A DNA stretch of 64,000 bases from Tubiluchus corallicola (Eukaryota; Animalia; Priapulida), in assembly GCA_030141605.1 (NCBI GenBank), contig JAQGDQ010000117.1, positions 310,001-374,000 on the forward strand. The letters run 5' to 3'. Positions 50,997 through 64,000 of this stretch are shown here, one piece after another (position 1 is the stretch's first letter; the number at the start of each line of letters is the position of its first letter). Made by a program: the position numbers and the translations under genes. The notes under the pieces were generated by a model that had not been told where the DNA came from, searched no databases, and saw nothing but the letters and a program-made list of their open reading frames with translations.

Positions 50997-53900
50997 GTCA
51001 ATTTTTGAAAATGTCTATGCAGCTTAAGCTAAAGAAAAATGTACAGATATGAAAACTAAGTTTAAATAGTAAAAAGAATAACTAATACGTTGGGTTTAGA
51101 TTATTTACTCGGCATACACTAAATAAATATAAATGCAAGGCAATACATTTATATGTAATTACATGAGATACGAGAACACATTATACTATTGATTTTCATG
51201 CTGCAGTGGGCTGGTAGAGTAAAGAACGAAGAGAGTAAAGAAGTGTGAAAAGAGAAAGGTGTCCTTTAGAAGGATTAAGTGAGTCAGTGAAATAGGAAGA
51301 ATAAAAAGGGAACAATGTGAGGCTTTGCGATGACTACAGTACACTGCAAGAGGGTAATTTTAAGTTAGTGTTGAAAGAAAGAGGCCGGGGGGGGACATTT
51401 GCTACATTATTATAGGCTCAGTGGTAGTATACGTTTTTGTAATAAAACCTACACAAATTGTACAGTAATAAAATCGCAACACATATAAATAATTGCGTAT
51501 GTTCAGTTTTTGGAATAGTGTCAGATTGTTAGTAAATATATGATTAAAAAAATTGATGAAGCGATGTTAGTAAATAAAGATACTTAAAAAGGTTTACAAT
51601 TCAGAATTTTTTACATACAACTAAAAATAGTTTTAAATTTAAGTTCATGTATAATACACCAATTTATAAATAAATAAAGAATTTATAAGTACTTATCATA
51701 CTTAAGTTTGAATAATGAAAAAGTTGCTTTTGCAATGTGGTTGAAGCTAGTTCTTCAGTCGCATGCACACAAAAAATGCAAATTTAACCAAGTTGCCATA
51801 GCCGTTTAAAAGGCGCCCTCAATTGTACAATTGAATTTTAAATACACTACAACCTCTAATATTGCCTTTAAGTCAAATTAATTTCTAAATTCATACACTC
51901 AAGCTTATTGTATTCTGTATACCCATTATTTGGCACGGAAGAACCTTAAAAAACACATACACACATTCAAACTTGCATTTTAAATTTTCTTCTATTCTTT
52001 AAAATAAAAAATAATGGTGACTGTACCGGGCTCCCGGACGACGTTTCTATAACTATCAATATCCCGACAAAAATATTTCGTCACCATTTGCCTGCATTTA
52101 CAAGAAAATATACACAAAGACCGTAAGCAAACGCACATTAAGTTATTAGTATTCCTGAATGTTTAACTCACCGTTTCTTCAATATTACGCTGCACCACTA
52201 TATATACACTCAAATAATTGTTGACCAATGTTCCTTTTTTCCTGGAACTTCAGTATCCTGCCAATGAATAATCTCCAAATCTGGTGTATAAGGGGATGCA
52301 CAGGCCAAGCTTGTGATTGGTCCTGTGCCTCCAATAATTGTCCTGTTGTTGTCCTTGTTTTCATCATTGTGGGATCAATTGTCTAATTTACGATGAATGA
52401 AACTTTTGGTTTGCTGCTCTCAATCAGTGGCCACATGCAAACCTTTTGTTCTGGCCACGGCAACAGGTTTTTGTCGTTTTGCAACTAATCGGCCATGTTA
52501 CATACGACGCGATCAAATGTCCCATTTATGTGAAGGAGTTTGTGATATAGTTGTTATCATAAAAGAGAAAGAGTCCTACGTGATGTTATATTTTTATGTT
52601 GACGCTATTGCCAATTAACAGTCTAGTCACCATAAAATGACTGATTGGTATGCTGCCGCATTGCTTGTCGCTGCCTACATTTTATAATCAATTGCATGTA
52701 TTTTAATGGCAATAAAGAACTTTTCTAAAAAATATTATACTTACAAGAAAGTACCTTAATTTAAAGGTCTTCAAGTGCACACTGCTAACATCAAAATTAA
52801 AATGAACTGAATCAAAGGCAAAATAAATCGTAAAAAGGCCGCTAGGTCGTCAGATGTGGTAACATTTCATTAACCTGTGGAAAGTAGAACCTGGATAAGT
52901 TATTAACTGTTTTAGTGCAATTTTTTCGGTGATTTCACAGCACTGACTATACCAAATGGCAGGCACTCTTCTATCGCCCTATTTTACGACTTATATGCGA
53001 GTTGTGTAACGTCGTGTTTTAAATACAGTCTTTTGTGGTGCGCTAATTTTTCATCACGATTTCAATTTTGCTTAATTAAAATCTGTTTCTATCATTTGTG
53101 TTTTATATGTGTCATCTGCCATCTCATATTTTCGTCTAATTTCCCGGCTACCACCTACTTTCAAACATATCTAAAACTTCTCTAAACAAGCTAGAACTGG
53201 CCCAAAATTACGCCTTAAAACACAGCGAATAGGGAAAAACTAAAAATGGCCTCTGTAGAATCGAGTTTCCAATACCATTGATGCCAGCTTTCAGTGCCAA
53301 TCAGCTTCCATCTACAGTCGACAAAACGTTATACCAAAGAACACATAGCATAAAAGAAATAAATGGACACAATTTTGTCTGCAAAGCGGCACTAAATACA
53401 TGGAATGCGTGCCCACTTAATGTAAAATCTGCAGTGACTCAAAAAATACAAAAATGAACCGAAAAATACTGTACTAGCCTTGAAAAAACTAATATGAAAA
53501 GATCAAATCACACCTTATTATTATCAACTTTCGCCCAATAGTCTGCAGTCAGTGGCAGATCAAAACCTCTCGTGCATTTACGTCACGTCAAGAAATTAAA
53601 ACCCACTGCACACGAAAAACTCAAGTCACCTACACAAAACGCCAATAAAGCACTCAATTTCAATTTTCTTGTGTTTAGTATTTTACAAAAAACTATTTTG
53701 TAAATATGTAAAATTTTCCGAACTGTGTGAAATGAAATGTAAAGTATATACTTTTGTAATTAATTACAGTTGCACTTGTGTTTTTAATTGTAAATTAATT
53801 TTATTGAAATTATTGTATAACACTATTGGTCATAACTGTGGAAACTCTGGTTATATTATTAATTTTTGAATGTGTAGTTTACCGTTCAATAATGTGTAAT

Positions 53901-54319
53901 TTTTAGCAATAAAGAATTTTATTATTATTATATTTGTTCAGATAATCTAAAATTTGAAGCTGCGTGAATATGTTCTGTATATAAACGATACCTGCACAAT
54001 AGTGTACATTTAACTTTATTATTAAGACACCTGGTTCATAAAACTTGACAGCAGTAGATTTCTTTTTAACATTTGTTTGTAGGCAATATTTCACAGGCGT
54101 GTCAGCTAGTTAGAATATTTGAGACTAATGTTTAATATTTTAAATGGCTGTTTGCCAATACATTCTTTCGATTATTTTGCCTGAAATCTGTAGTTCCTTG
54201 CGTGACTTTGCATTAAACTTTTCTAGCCTTTAACAACGTCAAATATGTGTGCATTTTATAGGTTAAACTCAAATTTGTATTATTCGTGCCATGATATTTT
54301 ACCCTTGTTGTATATTCTT

Positions 54320-54655
54320 GAAAACGATCCGTTGCGAATTAGAGGAATTTTATAGGCTTTTTAACAAAGTATGTTTTGCCGCCATGTTGAATTCAAAACG
54401 GCGGATCGAAAATCTGGCTTTTAGAAAATCCATGCGGAGTTCATTCTATTGCACTTTCAAAGTTTCCTGACGATCCATTACGAATTGACAGGGTTTTGGT
54501 TTTTTCTAAAATAATGTCATAGCCGCCATATTGAATTTAAAATGGCGGTACGAAAATCCGACTCCATCAGTCGATGCGGAGTTTTTTCTATTTCTCTGAA
54601 GCTTCATGACGCTCTATTGCGAATTCTCGATGTCTTAGGTTTTTTTCAAAATTAC
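54320..54655. repeat. ~150-bp diverged tandem repeat (~2.3 units), likely internal to a Helentron/HINE-like element
   Basis: Recurring acgatcc-ttgcgaatt...gccgccat-ttgaatt-aaaa-ggcgg...atgcggagtt. Confidence 0.6.
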
Positions 54656-55161
54656 ATCCCCACAAGAAGAATAACAACATTCAGATGATTAGCAATTTGA
54701 GTCAAGTCCTTCCACCAACAACTAACTGACAAAAGTCTAGCATAGGGTGACAAATGATTTTTAGAAGACTGATTTTTGACCTCGAATCTCCAAGTGACCG
54801 ATCCTGATAAGTAGCTTAACAAATTATATTTGGTTATAATATATGGCTATCTGAAATAAATACCAGAGTATTACCACATAATTTTATTAAAACTCGATGA
54901 TCCCTTGCAGTTAGAAATCTGTTTATAACTATTTTCATTTAATCAATAATCATTACATATTATGCTTTTACAAAATTTTTAACGGTAAAATACAGGACAA
55001 CTTGTTAACTCATTACGTGACTGATCAATTTCAACGCATTAATTTTACTAGACGAAGAACTAAAACCACATTGTGTTTGAGGCACAGCATAGTCACTAAT
55101 AACTAGTCATTCAATATCTTCATTACGGTCACTGAGTAGGCCTTATTGAAAATTTCCGTCT

Positions 55162-58100
55162 CTACTTGAATTTATGACTCTCTGCGCCTCCTCTCCCATA
55201 TCCTGGAAAATAAATAATTCCAATTAGGGAAGGATCATTGGCAATAAGTATAAAAGAAAAAAATTGAAAGCATGTAAAAACTCCTACGGCTTGCAAAGAT
55301 TCGTCGATGGACAAAAGAAATGTGTCAAAGAGGTAGTAATAAGGATTTCGAACTCGAAATGTTGAATACAAAACTCAGAATTAGTAAGAGTTGGCTTTTT
55401 AGTTCAGAATTCGGGCTGAGCAAAATGAGTCGTGTGCGCGCGCGCGTGCGTGCGTGTGTGCGTCACATGATGCGTGTATATGTCAAATAGAAAAAAGAAG
55501 TTATACAACGTTTCAAGTAGCAACATAGGTCCGCAATCCAAGGTGCAAAAAACGATTCGTAAACAGGTTTAGAATCTAGAATAACAGTTCTACAATCCAG
55601 AATCTCTATGAATATCAAAGGCAAAACATCGTGGAGATTGGAATTCAGAATTTACCAGAAAGTCTGTGGGATCTAAAAATCTATTGCCAAAAGCGGCATT
55701 GCGAACTTGAACATCGTATTTATGCAGTGATACAGCCTGTGTAAGCCTACATGAGTTCTGGACTCAAAATCATGTAGTGCGAATCAAAAAGATGGAAAAA
55801 AATCCAGAATACAAAATGTTTTAAAATGAGAAAGAGATGTCAACATTTTTAAATTAAAAACACATGATCTAATTTCTCTTCTATTTATTGTTTATAAATA
55901 TGGATTGTTTCGTATATGTATTGTATTGCGCATCGTGTGTGATTTATCTATTGTATAATGTACATAATACTTTACCAGTTTTATAAGTAATTGCGGATAC
56001 TTACCACTTGGTCCAAAGAGTGCAGCATAGCAAGGTTGATTACAATACGGCTTCCGGTCGTGCTACACGAAAATGTAATTTTCATTATCTCAATACGGTT
56101 TTAGTAAAAGAGTGTGATATTAATGTCATGCCGAACAAAATTTTAAAAAAGTAATTTTTTGTTGTACAAGAGAATTCAGATTAAACATCCTAAGCTAAAG
56201 TTGTGACAATAAAGCAAAAACGGCACTTGTTGCAGTGGTTGAGCATTATTCAATGAATATAGATTATGTGCCTACCTCTGCATGTTGGCCAGGTGTCAAC
56301 GTTTTATTGCACTTTTCGCATTTCAGACAAAACGAATGCCAATCTTTACCCAGAGATGTCTTCTTTTCAGCTAAAAATTATGTTGCGCAGAAATAAGTTA
56401 ACAATAATGTTCTGCAAATTTGAAATGTCACTAGATAAACAAAGTGCCAAATAATTATATGAAGTATTTTTTTTAAATAGTTGGTTAATAGTGGAATGAA
56501 ACTACAATTATTGAGTCAATCTTGAGTCCAAACGTGACAGAAAGAAAACAAATTCGACGAACTGAGATTGAGCCTAAATTTGAATAGGGACAACAGCCTA
56601 ATTGGACTTGTAATCTAAAAGTCCCTTGTTCAAATTTAGGCTCAATATCAGTTTTCGAATTTGTTTTCTTTATGTGAAGTGTGTTGAAGTGCATAAAAAT
56701 GTGTGTCAGCGTAAAAGTGGGTGGAATGGGATGTTTTACAAAGTTCGTGTTCTTGGGACTGTTAGTTTTCTAGGTATCTTTACGCTTTGGTTCGTAATCT
56801 AATTATGGAATTTTGTGATGTGATGTTTTTAATCTTGTTAACTAATGCCTTCGCTAATTAACTAATTAGTTGATTAGCTTTTGTATAACGTCTGTTTATT
56901 TATATATTCACCTAAATCCATCCATTTATTCGTTTGCTCATTCATTCATCGGTGACCGTTAAGCTGCCATTTCAAAGTAAATACAAGTAACATAATTTCG
57001 AGCGACGTGAAACAAGTTTTATTTAATCAAGGATTTACAAAAAAGAACTTTATACAGGAAATCAGCGATTGAACTGTGAACAGGACTGTACTGTTACCAA
57101 ATACAGTCAATTAAGAACATGCATTGCAGCTTAACGATTTTTATAGTAAAATACTAATGGTACAGGTAAAGAGTTGGTTTCATTTAATTTAGTTTAGCTT
57201 AGTTTAGTGTAGTGTAGTGTAGTGTAGTGTAGTGTAGTGTAGTGTAGTGTAGTGTAGTGTAGCGTAGCTTAGCTTAGCTTAGCTTAGCTTAGTTTAGTTT
57301 AGTTTAGTTTAGCGTAGCGCAGTGCAGTTCAGTTCAGTTCAGTTCAATTCGGTTTAGACAGACAGTTTTTAAAACTCATACATGAATTCTCACTGTGCAA
57401 GTATATGAACAGGCAGAAGTACAGATCAAATAAAATAATATAAAATAAAGCAGATACAAATATACACACGCATACATGCACGCGCACACGCACACACACA
57501 CGCGCACGCGCACACCACACACACACACACACACACACACATACATGTAAAAAGTTGTAAACACAATGAATAATATGAATAATTGAATAATAAACAATAA
57601 GTGCTGCCGAGTATTTTAACAGTGAATACATAAAAAGGATCCTAAAGTCTGATCTTAAACGTTTAGTGCTCCTAATGTAATTTTGAACGCAATCAAAAGG
57701 TAGTTGCGTACATATAACGGGGTAGAGTGTGCACTGTGTTGGATACATATACTAGTAATAAGTGTTGCCTTTATGTTGAAGAGTTATTTTTTTAAGACGC
57801 GTTGTCAGTTATTGAAGTCTCTGTTTACATTATTTATAACATCATATTATATCTGTTATCAAATTAGGTCGTAGGTATATGCGTATCACAAGACCCAAAA
57901 GCGTCGCGAACCTAGCAGAACTCATACGCTGATTTTTCATCATTGTATTAGGCACTTTTTAATTCATATTAACTCGTAAACGCAGAGAGCTAGAGATTCG
58001 AAACTCGCGGGATAGACACCTAGGATAGTAACCCTGAGAGCAGTGTGATAAATGGTGACTTGAGTCAAAGGACCAAGAACATTGGATATCGGTCAGTTTT

Positions 58101-60112
58101 TCGACTGCCATTCAACTCCTCCAAGGGATTTGTGTTAAAGTCAATTTTTATAAGTATTTAGGTATTGTGGGGTAGATGCGTAACTGAAGTTTTTAAAAAA
58201 CTAGATTTTGAAGTGCTCGAGACAGCATAACCAAAATGATTAACTACAAATAACTCTAAAACTATAACAACTAGAGTCATGAAACTTGCAGGGCAGACAC
58301 CTGGAGTAGGCGCTTAGAAATGCTGTAGAATAAAGAAAAAAATCTAGGATTGTTTAACGGTCCGAGGCGGGAGCCAAAATGTAAGAATTATGGCAAATGA
58401 CTTTGTCCTTCAAACTAACAATGAATAACTCCAAAGCTATAGTACGCTGGGTCACGTAATTTCAACTACCAGGATAGAACGGCCTTTAGGTTTTAAGGGG
58501 TAGCTGTGCACTTGATGATTAAAGGAACTTGGGTTTTTAAAGGCCTGAGATAGGAAAAAAATGTGAGAATTAGAACAAACAGCTTGGTGTGAAAATTTGA
58601 GTCACTCAACTCCTGCTATATTATTGTATTAAGAGTCAATATTTTTGCATTCGTGGTTAACCAAGTATGTGTAAACAGGTGTAAAACTATGGTCACGGCG
58701 TTGTCCTAATGGATTTAAATCTGTTCATTCAGTCTTGTTTGATAAGTAACGAAAAACAGTTTATATGAGAAAGTTCTATCTGTAACAGAGTGTTTATCAA
58801 GAATCTACTACGTAGTTATTCGAAACGTCTTAATAAAACCAGGAGAGACACCATGAGACCAAGAACAGTAAGCCAAAAACATCCTTACTCAATAATTCAG
58901 ATAATGCGTGAGGTAGCTCATTAATATTAATTTTACAGAAAGAATGAAAGAGGTGACTGCGATTGAAAATACATGTTTTCATTTAATTGATTTCTTGGTT
59001 TAATAGCTGTATGAAGCAAACGCCTCTGGTTATATACAAGATGTATGAGATTCAAGCAAATTTTCGTCCTCACTGCTGCAATAAGCCACAAACTTTATTG
59101 CAATAAATCGGTTGATGATTGGACGCATCCATAAAACAGGAAAGGAAAAACAGAGATCGCACCTACATTAGAACACAGACTTTTGGACTGCAAGTCCAAT
59201 GCCAGATCTACTATACCAGTAGCCCAAAGTTTTGCTGCGTAAGGCAATGGGAATACGTCAGTGGTCACGTTCTTTGCCCAACTATGAATTAAGCAACGTC
59301 TTAAAATAATTGCTTCAGTAAAATTCTTGTATATTATAGAACTTAGGATTATACCTGAATATAATGAGCAGCTGAGAGGAGGACAATTGCCGGTGTGTTT
59401 GGACATTCGCCAGTTCAGTATAATTTTTCAGTTAAGCTTTGTGTTCAAAGGGCAATCATTTGCTACATATTTTTACAGACTAAAGATCATGAATTTTATG
59501 ACAAAGTGTCTACCTAAATTCCACACCTTTTTCGCAAACATAGTCATTTTACATGCGCCTGATTTGCAAATACAGCACATTCACATACAAGGGCAGTAAG
59601 TTAATGAACTTAAAATGTATCTCAGAACGTAAGCTTGTACATACAATGTATAATTAATTAACAAACAATAAGCATGGGTCTATAATCAATAAACATTGTC
59701 GTATAACTACTCTGTTTACCTAAAATTTAATAACTGTATGCTAAATATAAGCACGAAGTAAACATTTCGCAGACTTACATTATGTAGACCTATATCTCGT
59801 TTTGTACTATCTAGTATCTACCGGGGCTCAAGTATTGAGCTGCTTCTATTACTAGATTTAAATCGTCAGTGAAGGAAGAGTATCACGGCATTTACCTTTA
59901 TATGATACATTGTGAAATTTGTTTAGTTTACAAGTTTTAAAAATACAGTGTAGTGCATATAATGATTATAGTTCAGTATAAATATTAGGCCTAAATCTAA
60001 TTTTGAAAATCTAAAATAATAGGATAGTATAACTAATAGCTGCTTAGTGCATGGTTGAACAACAACAACAGCAACATAATAACAACAACAACAACAACAA
60101 TAATAATAATAA

Positions 60113-60157
<45 letters not shown>

Positions 60158-60366
60158 GAAGAAGAAGAAGAAGAAGAAAATGATGATGATACGTCATTGT
60201 CAAGTAAAGTGTAAAAAGCTGCAATAACATTATAAATGTAACGAAGAAGTGCTAAGTGCAGAAATGGCTGAAACTCTTCTTTAATTTCGGTGTATGTTTC
60301 TCTTTCGAAAATTTCAATATTCTTACCAAAGTAAACTTCTTTGTCGCATTTTGGACACTTCGGCAT
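55162..60366 (-). CDS. CRIP1: Cysteine-rich protein 1-like (single LIM domain), 77 aa
   Basis: Exons 60327-60366, 56276-56370, 56005-56062, 55162-55202 give [77 protein letters not shown], a LIM zinc-finger pattern with the Gly-rich CRIP tail. Confidence 0.96.
56541..56671. repeat. Inverted repeat with ~50-bp arms built from tRNA/SINE-like sequence, in CRIP intron 1
   Basis: aaagaaaacaaattcga...attgagcctaaatttgaatagggac / gtcccttgttcaaatttaggctcaat...tcgaatttgttttcttt. Confidence 0.8.
57187..57346. repeat. Compound pentanucleotide satellite (AGTTT/AGTGT/AGCTT/AGTTC)
   Basis: Direct reading. Confidence 0.95.
57463..57546. repeat. (CA/CG)n microsatellite
   Basis: Direct reading. Confidence 0.9.
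60058..60190. repeat. Compound (AAC)(AAT)(AAG)(GAT) microsatellite
   Basis: Direct reading; in CRIP intron 1. Confidence 0.95.
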
Positions 60367-61529
60367 GTTTACAGCGGATTATGTGTACTAAAAACTAAAC
60401 CAAACCTTTAACACAAGCCAAATGGATCTCGACTGCAAACACACAACAGCACGTATACCTCAACGATATACCTGGCAACTCCCAAATGGAAGGCTCACCT
60501 AGACGCAGGGTTCTTAAAGACAGACTGTAATAGTAAAAGCAAACGTGGCAAATGTGGTGTCCTAATTCCTTTTTTATCAGTTTTTGTTTTACTTAACGTC
60601 CTTGGCTAGACTCTAGGTATAAATGAACACAGACAAAACTTGTGGAATTAAACTTTTAGTTATTAAAGTAATCGGTAAGCGCGCGTCTTCCATTGGATAA
60701 TCGATCGGCTGCAGGATGGTGTAAAGTGTACGGTTCTAGCTAGTCATGCTGCAACACTAGTGGCAGACTAACCCGCCACATGTAACTCAAGGACATTACA
60801 TTGATAAAGCTATTCTTCAGTAAATAACGTTATAAAATGCGTTTAAGCAAATATCCTTTCCAAAACAGCAAGGAATGTAATGACCCCTGACCTCTCCCAG
60901 TCCCACTTGACGTTATACACGTTGGCGATTGTAACGTGTTGAAACGTTCATATGAAATTTGTTAATCTGGATTAGTGAGGATTTATTCTGTTCCAAAATA
61001 TTACCAGGAGAGAGTTTCTCCGCAGGCATGCTGACAGAATGATCAAGTTGGTAAGAGAAAGTTGCGCCTATAGGAAGAAATGCATATTGCACCTGTCAAC
61101 TTCTAGCTATTATTACAATCAACTTAAGCCAATGAATTTATTCTTCCCACTTTTACACAAAAGTAGGTAGCACAGCTATCACAACTTAATAAATATGCTT
61201 TTTTATATTTTATTATACAGACGTGGTGGGGCCGGACTAGTATGGTGACCATTCAATGCAGCTACATGTACCCATACACGGCTAAACAAAATATTAATTT
61301 AAAAAAATACATGGCCTGCAGCGATACACTTAAATTTAATGACAACCTGTCGTGCAGTATTTACATACGATGCGGATATATTATAGGACATTCTCGGCCA
61401 ATATGTAAGTTTTTTGTTTGACATTAATCATGTGAATTTGTAATACGAACCTACTGCATGCCGACCTTCCCTTAACGATCGTAACCTCTGAAAATAATAT
61501 GACATAATATTATTTAATTGCAAGTGCAA

Positions 61530-61666
61530 GTGAGATTCTGGGTTCAAATCCCTCGCTTGCTTCAATTTTTTCAACGTCTCCTACTAAAATTAACCACCAG
61601 GTTAATTGTTACAACTGATGTGCTAAGTCGTCTTAGTATTATGCCAAATAAAGGTTAAGATTAAGA
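61530..61666 (+). mobile_element. tRNA-derived SINE-like fragment
   Basis: B-box gggttcaaatccc ... aataaa followed by short (ttaaga) repeats. Confidence 0.35.
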
Positions 61667-61725
61667 GAACTCTGTCTTTCCCTTTTTTATTTTTTGCCCT
61701 TTGCCTTTATCAGCTTTTCCAGTAC

Positions 61726-61728
<3 letters not shown>

Positions 61729-61760
<32 letters not shown>

Positions 61761-61784
61761 TATTATTATTATTATTATTATTAT

Positions 61785-61871
<87 letters not shown>

Positions 61872-61916
61872 CAGCAGCAGCAGCAGCAACAGCAGCAGTA
61901 GCAGCAGTAGTAGTAG
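61729..61916. repeat. Compound (TTA)(GTA)(GCA) microsatellite
   Basis: Direct reading. Confidence 0.95.
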
Positions 61917-64000
61917 ATTTATTGACTGGTGAACAGTCCATTCACATCAGTTACAAATAATTTCAATAATTGCAAGTTAGGTTAGTTATAACAAAAATAA
62001 GATAATTTGAAAATATTAAAACACTCATAAACAAAATGCATCAGATTCTGTTGGCTGTATATTAGTAAAGTGCAAATTGCATGAAGTCCTCTAAATGTTT
62101 ATTTTTACACACCGTGACACAGTATGTGTTCTTCATCCTGAACGTCCGTTCTACAAACACAAAGGCACTATTACATACCGTCATTAATACCCAGCTCAAG
62201 CCATGGATATAATATACGTACGAATTATGTGGCTTATACTTGCTTTAAATGCCAGTCTGCTTTAATTAAACTTTAAATTACTTTATGCTACTAGTATTAT
62301 GGAAGTGATAAATACAGTTGTTTTCTGCTCTTACCGAAATTTTAATCAATTCCAAGACGTGGATTTCAAACTTGGTTTTCTTGCTATTGGTACTAGGAAG
62401 TCACTTGCCAAATAGATAATTATGATTGTCACACAGAGGAATCCCGTAGCACAAGAGGATCTACTGTTACTGTATTATTTATGAATGTCCAAACGGCTTC
62501 GCTTCGAGTATTATAATAACGTTGTTAGGCTGCAAATGAGTCCTCGCTCGCGCCGCAAATAATCACGAAGCAAGAGAACTAGTGTTATTATTATACTTTA
62601 GCCCATTTAGGCATGCTGTTTTGTTGCACCGTCAGACATTACAGTAAACCGAACTTATTACCAGCCAGAAATTTCTGAACTAGTTTAAAACAAAACTGTA
62701 TAATATCATTAAGTCTATTACAAAGTTTCGTTTATTAAAATAATAGACAAAAATTATGCTATAACAACAACTTAACAACGTGTACAAGAATGACACCCAT
62801 AAATTTAAATGCAACACGTGCACAGGAAGAGATTGCAAAAAATCAGCAATGGGAGCCATGTTGTGCAACTACAATATAAAAAGTACACTTAAGTGTATGG
62901 CAGGCAGAAACAGTCCTTGAGCGATACACTTTCGAAATATTGTTAGATATGCAGGCTAGCAATTTCTCTCTCTGCGCATGCGTGTCATTTAAATCTATAA
63001 TGATACCTTGAACATGGCAAGCAAATTTTCAAACAATGAGCAGAAAAAACTGATAGGCACATATTTCATATACCTAAAATAAACTATAAACTTCTATTGC
63101 TCACTTCTATTAAAAAACCTATATGTATTTTGAAAATATATAAATATGTAGTAAAAAAACTGAGTTATGATTGCGACGTACTTATTAATATAATATTAAT
63201 GTCATTAATGCCCTTCAAGCAAGTTTGCAAACTTAATAATCTGCGAAGCATGATTCTAGCTTCAGAACCTTTTCCAATCAAATTTGGCAAAAGTGAGTAG
63301 CTAAACATACCAAACATCAAAAACAAAACTAGTGAGTGATTTTTCTTTTTAGCAACCTTACAGATATTATATATAACACAAGACAATAAAAATATTATTA
63401 AATAATAAAGGCTTAATAAGACACCTTTTGGGCATGTACAATCACTCAACTGCATGTATTTTTTACATATAAAGCACAGGCTGTAATACACAGTACATAT
63501 GATGCAACAGTGGAAACACACCAAATACAGAATTTTACAAAGATAAAATGGTAACTAAATGCATTTTGCCCATGTCAATTAGAGGCAATGTAAAATAGTA
63601 ACAGTAAACAAAGACAAAAAACACAAGCTCATAACTACTAATAAAAACTAGTTAAATCTGTAAGTTAAAGCGAAAAGCCACTTTTTCACTACAATTATAT
63701 GCTGAATATGCTTGAGCAGAACGTGACTAGAGCAAAAACTAAAAAAAGCACTTATTTTCACACAGACTGTATGAATAATATCTTTGGAAACAACATTCCA
63801 GTTGGTTGCAGATTAACACAATACTAGTTTTACTACAGTTGGTTTAATTTAGTGACTAAAATATATATAATATGGTGCCACAACATTACAGATAGAGGCT
63901 AACAAACTTAAAGGAGAGGTAGACCAATACATTGTAAACTTAAAAAGATCCACACACAAAATCCAATTGCATATGTCATGTAACCAAAATCGGTCAGATG

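Noticed and set aside
52190-52540. Frame with several in-frame TGA (alternative code or selenoprotein)
   Set aside because: TAA/TAG also interrupt the frame and no SECIS or homology is evident; decay is the simpler explanation.
59923-60326. 147-aa ORF extension of CRIP
   Set aside because: Only the first 40 nt are exon 1; the rest is intron read-through into a microsatellite.

Overview
AT-rich, intron-rich animal genomic DNA, probably an invertebrate (taxon cannot be fixed from sequence alone). Four spliced genes were reconstructed by hand, all on the minus strand: the 5' part of a Pax2/5/8 gene (paired domain, YSINGILG octapeptide, ~240-aa Q-rich N-terminal insert; runs off the left edge), two complete tandem ABCG2-like half transporters (A 12301-29942; B 34735-47819) and a 77-aa CRIP-type LIM protein. 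There is also one orphan ORF, plus many MITEs, LINE/SINE relics, a candidate solo LTR and mini/microsatellites. Main finding: the two ABCG paralogs carry complementary catalytic substitutions. A has Q-loop Q>A and H-switch H>N but an intact signature; B has signature SGG>SSS but intact Walker/Q/H motifs. All three changes map to one composite ATP site, which suggests an asymmetric heterodimer convergent with ABCG5/G8 (inference). Gene A also has duplicated alternative N-termini and a ~10-copy tandem array of an exon end plus splice donor.
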